Shown here: in pieces, positions 22,173-24,000 of the stretch
How positions within the stretch are numbered: position 1 is the stretch's first letter
Layout: every line of letters begins with the position of its first letter
Source of the DNA: Rhizobacter sp.
Lineage (GTDB): Bacteria > Pseudomonadota > Gammaproteobacteria > Burkholderiales > Burkholderiaceae_C
DNA length: 24,000 nt
Assembly (NCBI GenBank): GCA_046595475.1
Contig: JBKJOQ010000059.1
Direction: 5' to 3' (one strand)
The notes under the pieces: generated by a model
Database searches by the model: none
What the model saw: only the letters and a program-made list of their open reading frames with translations
Told to the model about the DNA's origin: nothing
Position numbers and translations under genes: made by a program

Positions 22173-22994
22173 ATGAACTACTTGATTGGCGACCTGCAAG
22201 GCTGCTGCGACGCGCTGGAGCGGCTCTTGGCACGCATTGCGTTCTCCCCCTCACGCGACCACGCCTACTTTCTCGGCGACCTGGTGAACCGGGGGCCTGC
22301 TTCACTGGCCACGGTGCGGCGCCTGAGCGCCTTGGGCAACGCCACCACTTGCCTGCTGGGCAACCACGACCTGCACCTGCTGGCGGTGGCCTACGGCGTG
22401 CGCCCGGCGGGCCGCCATGACACGCTCGTCGACCTGCTGCAGGCACCCGACCGCGACACGCTGATCGAGTGGCTGCGCCACCGCCGCATGGCCGTACACG
22501 AGCAGGGTTGGCTGATGGTGCACGCGGGCGTGGCGCCCCAATGGGACCTGGCCACGACACTGGCGCTCGCGGGCGAGGTGGAGCAGCGCCTGCGCAGCCC
22601 CGACATCGCGAGCTTCCTGCGCGTGATGTACGGCAACGAGCCCGCCCGCTGGGAGCCGGGGCTGCAAGGCGAAGCGCGCTTGCGCTTTGCGGTCAACGTG
22701 CTCACGCGCATTCGCTTTTGCACCGCCGACGGCACGCTCGACATGAAGACCAAGGACGGCGTCAGCGATGCACCGCCCGGCCTTTACCCCTGGTTCGACG
22801 CTCCCGGCCGGCAGACCACGGGGGTGCCCACGGCCTTCGGGCACTGGTCCACGCTGGGCTTGGTCGACAGGCCAAATCTGTTGTCGTTGGACACCGGCTG
22901 CGTGTGGGGCGGCCAATTGACCGCCGCGCGCGTCGATGGCGCACAGCGCGAAGTGATTCAGGTGCCCTGCGAGCAAGCCCAGCGACCCGATTGA
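22173..22994 (+). CDS. apaH: Bis(5'-nucleosyl)-tetraphosphatase, symmetrical (Ap4A hydrolase)
   Basis: MNYLIGDLQGCCDALERLL...FLGDLVNRGPASL...LGNHDLHLL...MVHAGV..., the metallophosphoesterase motifs in ApaH order. 273 aa. Divergent from the CNNM gene (93-nt gap). Confidence 0.92.
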   Translation: MNYLIGDLQGCCDALERLLARIAFSPSRDHAYFLGDLVNRGPASLATVRRLSALGNATTCLLGNHDLHLLAVAYGVRPAGRHDTLVDLLQAPDRDTLIEWLRHRRMAVHEQGWLMVHAGVAPQWDLATTLALAGEVEQRLRSPDIASFLRVMYGNEPARWEPGLQGEARLRFAVNVLTRIRFCTADGTLDMKTKDGVSDAPPGLYPWFDAPGRQTTGVPTAFGHWSTLGLVDRPNLLSLDTGCVWGGQLTAARVDGAQREVIQVPCEQAQRPD

Positions 22995-22995
22995 C

Positions 22996-23001
22996 TACAA
23001 T
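22996..23001 (+). promoter_or_regulatory. Candidate -10 box (TACAAT) for tRNA-Ser
   Basis: TACAAT lies 13 nt upstream of the mature tRNA-Ser 5' end, the same geometry as the TATAAT before tRNA-Thr. It is followed by GC-rich CGCGGC. No good -35. It sits within and just after the apaH stop region. Confidence 0.3.
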
Positions 23002-23014
23002 CGCGGCTTCTTCA

Positions 23015-23104
23015 GGAAGCGTGGCCGAGCGGTTTAAGGCACTGGTCTTGAAAACCAGCGATGGGGGAACCCATCCGTGAGTTCGAATCTCACCGCTTCC
23101 GCCA
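23015..23104 (+). tRNA. tRNA-Ser (anticodon UGA), class II with long variable arm
   Basis: Acceptor GGAAGCG/CGCTTCC, D arm GGCCGAGCGGTTTAAGGC, anticodon arm CTGGT-CTTGAAA-ACCAG (anticodon TGA), and a long variable arm CGATGGGGGAACCCATCCG. T arm GTGAGTTCGAATCTCAC, discriminator G, encoded CCA. 90 nt. Confidence 0.95.
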
Positions 23105-23118
23105 GACAAGTAGGAAAT

Positions 23119-23141
23119 ACGGGCCCTTGCGGCCCGTTTTC
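23119..23141 (+). terminator. Rho-independent terminator after tRNA-Ser
   Basis: ACGGGCC-cttgc-GGCCCGT followed by TTTTCAATTT. Confidence 0.6.
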
Positions 23142-23303
23142 AATTTCCACCTGCGTTTGAACCTTCCTCCGAATTCACACTGGCTTGCGACAGATCAGCC
23201 TTCATGCAGGTGATGCGTGCGGGGTCACCGGCGCCTCGATCGCCTCCCAGCCGAGCACGATGGCCGGCACCGCCTCGCGAAGGTGCTTCGCAAGGCGGGC
23301 CGA

Positions 23304-23699
23304 TCACCTCGGGTGTCCGAGCAACAACATCACCGCAGACGCGATGGCCATGGCGATGAACACCAGCCGCATGGGGCCGGGGCGGCGCATGCCTGTGAAC
23401 GGTTCACCGCAGCGCACGAAGCCGACCTGGGTCAGCGCCGCGACGATGGCCTCTCTGCCACCGCTGCACGAGAAGTAAACGCCGCCGGGCGTGTCGGCCC
23501 GGTTGTGCTGGATGCGAAAGCCCCGGCTCATCCAGGCCGGCCCGTCGGGTTCGAAAGCCACCACCTGATCCGGTCGGAACTCGTACGTTCCCAGGCAACG
23601 AATCACCAGCATGTCCTTCGAGATGGTGATGCCCGCCTTGCCCCCCTGCTGGGAGCTGAACCCGACGCGCGTGTGCCCACTCAGGGTGATCTCGGTCAT
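23304..23699 (-). CDS. Hypothetical protein with C-terminal transmembrane segment (131 aa)
   Basis: A strong GGAGCAAGGA RBS lies directly upstream of the ATG at 23699 (minus strand). The C-terminus is MRLVFIAMAIASAVMLLLG. No family recognised. The track ORF start at 23834 was rejected in favour of the RBS-supported Met. Confidence 0.45.
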   Translation of the reverse strand: MTEITLSGHTRVGFSSQQGGKAGITISKDMLVIRCLGTYEFRPDQVVAFEPDGPAWMSRGFRIQHNRADTPGGVYFSCSGGREAIVAALTQVGFVRCGEPFTGMRRPGPMRLVFIAMAIASAVMLLLGHPR

Positions 23700-23983
23700 T
23701 CCTTGCTCCTGGTCCGAGTGGCAGCGGGAGGCACTCCTTCGCGAGGGCCCGGAGGGTTCGCACCACGCAGTCGCCGTTGCCGGGCCGCACGCCAAAGATT
23801 GAAAATCAGGGCGAAACCCGGGATCGTCCAGCACGCTGAAATCACGAGGGCAGCCAGGTTGGCGTCTTCCCAGTCGAACGTCGGCGGTGCCGCACCCGCC
23901 GAAGTCTCCTGCGAGTCGGCCACGTCGACCAGCATGGCGCCTTCAGCCAGCTGCGCGCCGTCACGTTCGAGGAAGGACCGCAC
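23696..23983 (-). CDS. Possible small membrane protein (start uncertain, may begin at 23935)
   Basis: ORF whose stop overlaps the downstream start (ATGA-type coupling at 23696-23699). It has one hydrophobic segment, LAALVISACWTIPGFALIFNLW. No family recognised, and it is close to the window edge. Confidence 0.25.
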   Translation of the reverse strand: MRSFLERDGAQLAEGAMLVDVADSQETSAGAAPPTFDWEDANLAALVISACWTIPGFALIFNLWRAARQRRLRGANPPGPREGVPPAATRTRSKE

Positions 23984-24000
23984 GACCGTGGGAACCGTGC

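Noticed and set aside
22080-22199. N-terminal extension of the CNNM/CorC gene overlapping the apaH start
   Set aside because: METALLAFLILLNGLF... at 22079 is the typical family N-terminus. The extension would overlap the divergent apaH coding start.
1-24000. Search for CRISPR arrays, IS elements/transposases, integrases, prophage genes, toxin-antitoxin pairs and rRNA
   Set aside because: No direct-repeat/spacer periodicity, no terminal inverted repeats flanking a transposase-like ORF, and no recombinase or phage signature motifs were seen by eye in any frame.

Overview
Visibly GC-rich, GC3-biased window. It looks like a chromosomal segment of a betaproteobacterium of the Burkholderiales/Comamonadaceae type; this is inferred from composition and gene content only. 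No IS element, integrase, CRISPR array or rRNA was seen.

Left flank: a translationally coupled housekeeping operon of pepN (5' partial), fbp and a histidine-phosphatase gene. It is followed by tRNA-Thr(CGU) with its own -10 box and terminator, a VanZ-like membrane protein, a small hypothetical gene, an AraC-family regulator and an LRV/HEAT-like repeat protein.

Centre (about 7.2-16.5 kb): the most interesting part, a tightly packed cluster in which every product carries an export signal.
- Five paralogous secreted proteins, four in tandem and one convergent at the far end. In each, the Sec signal peptide is followed immediately by a motif with the exact spacing of a double-glycine bacteriocin leader: L-[SAN]-D-x-E-L-S-x-V-x-G-[QA].
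- A stand-alone, signal-anchored C39-type cysteine peptidase with Gln/Cys/His/Asp intact. There is no ABC transporter.
- Two outer-membrane beta-barrels, one MetA/phenol-degradation-like with an N-terminal Pro/Ala/Thr linker plus charged helix, and one oversized FadL/TodX-like.
- A DUF2059-like periplasmic protein and a DUF4382-like lipoprotein.

I read this as a candidate uncharacterised Sec-dependent surface-fibre or secretion system. It is analogous in logic to the Fap amyloid operon but not recognisably homologous to it.

Right flank: an orphan Tat-signal LivK-type substrate-binding protein, a DUF2147 protein, a small lipoprotein, a TPR-GGDEF diguanylate cyclase, a CNNM/CorC (TlyC-like) protein, apaH, tRNA-Ser(UGA), and two small unknown membrane-protein ORFs.

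Many long antisense ORFs in the track are GC-driven artefacts.
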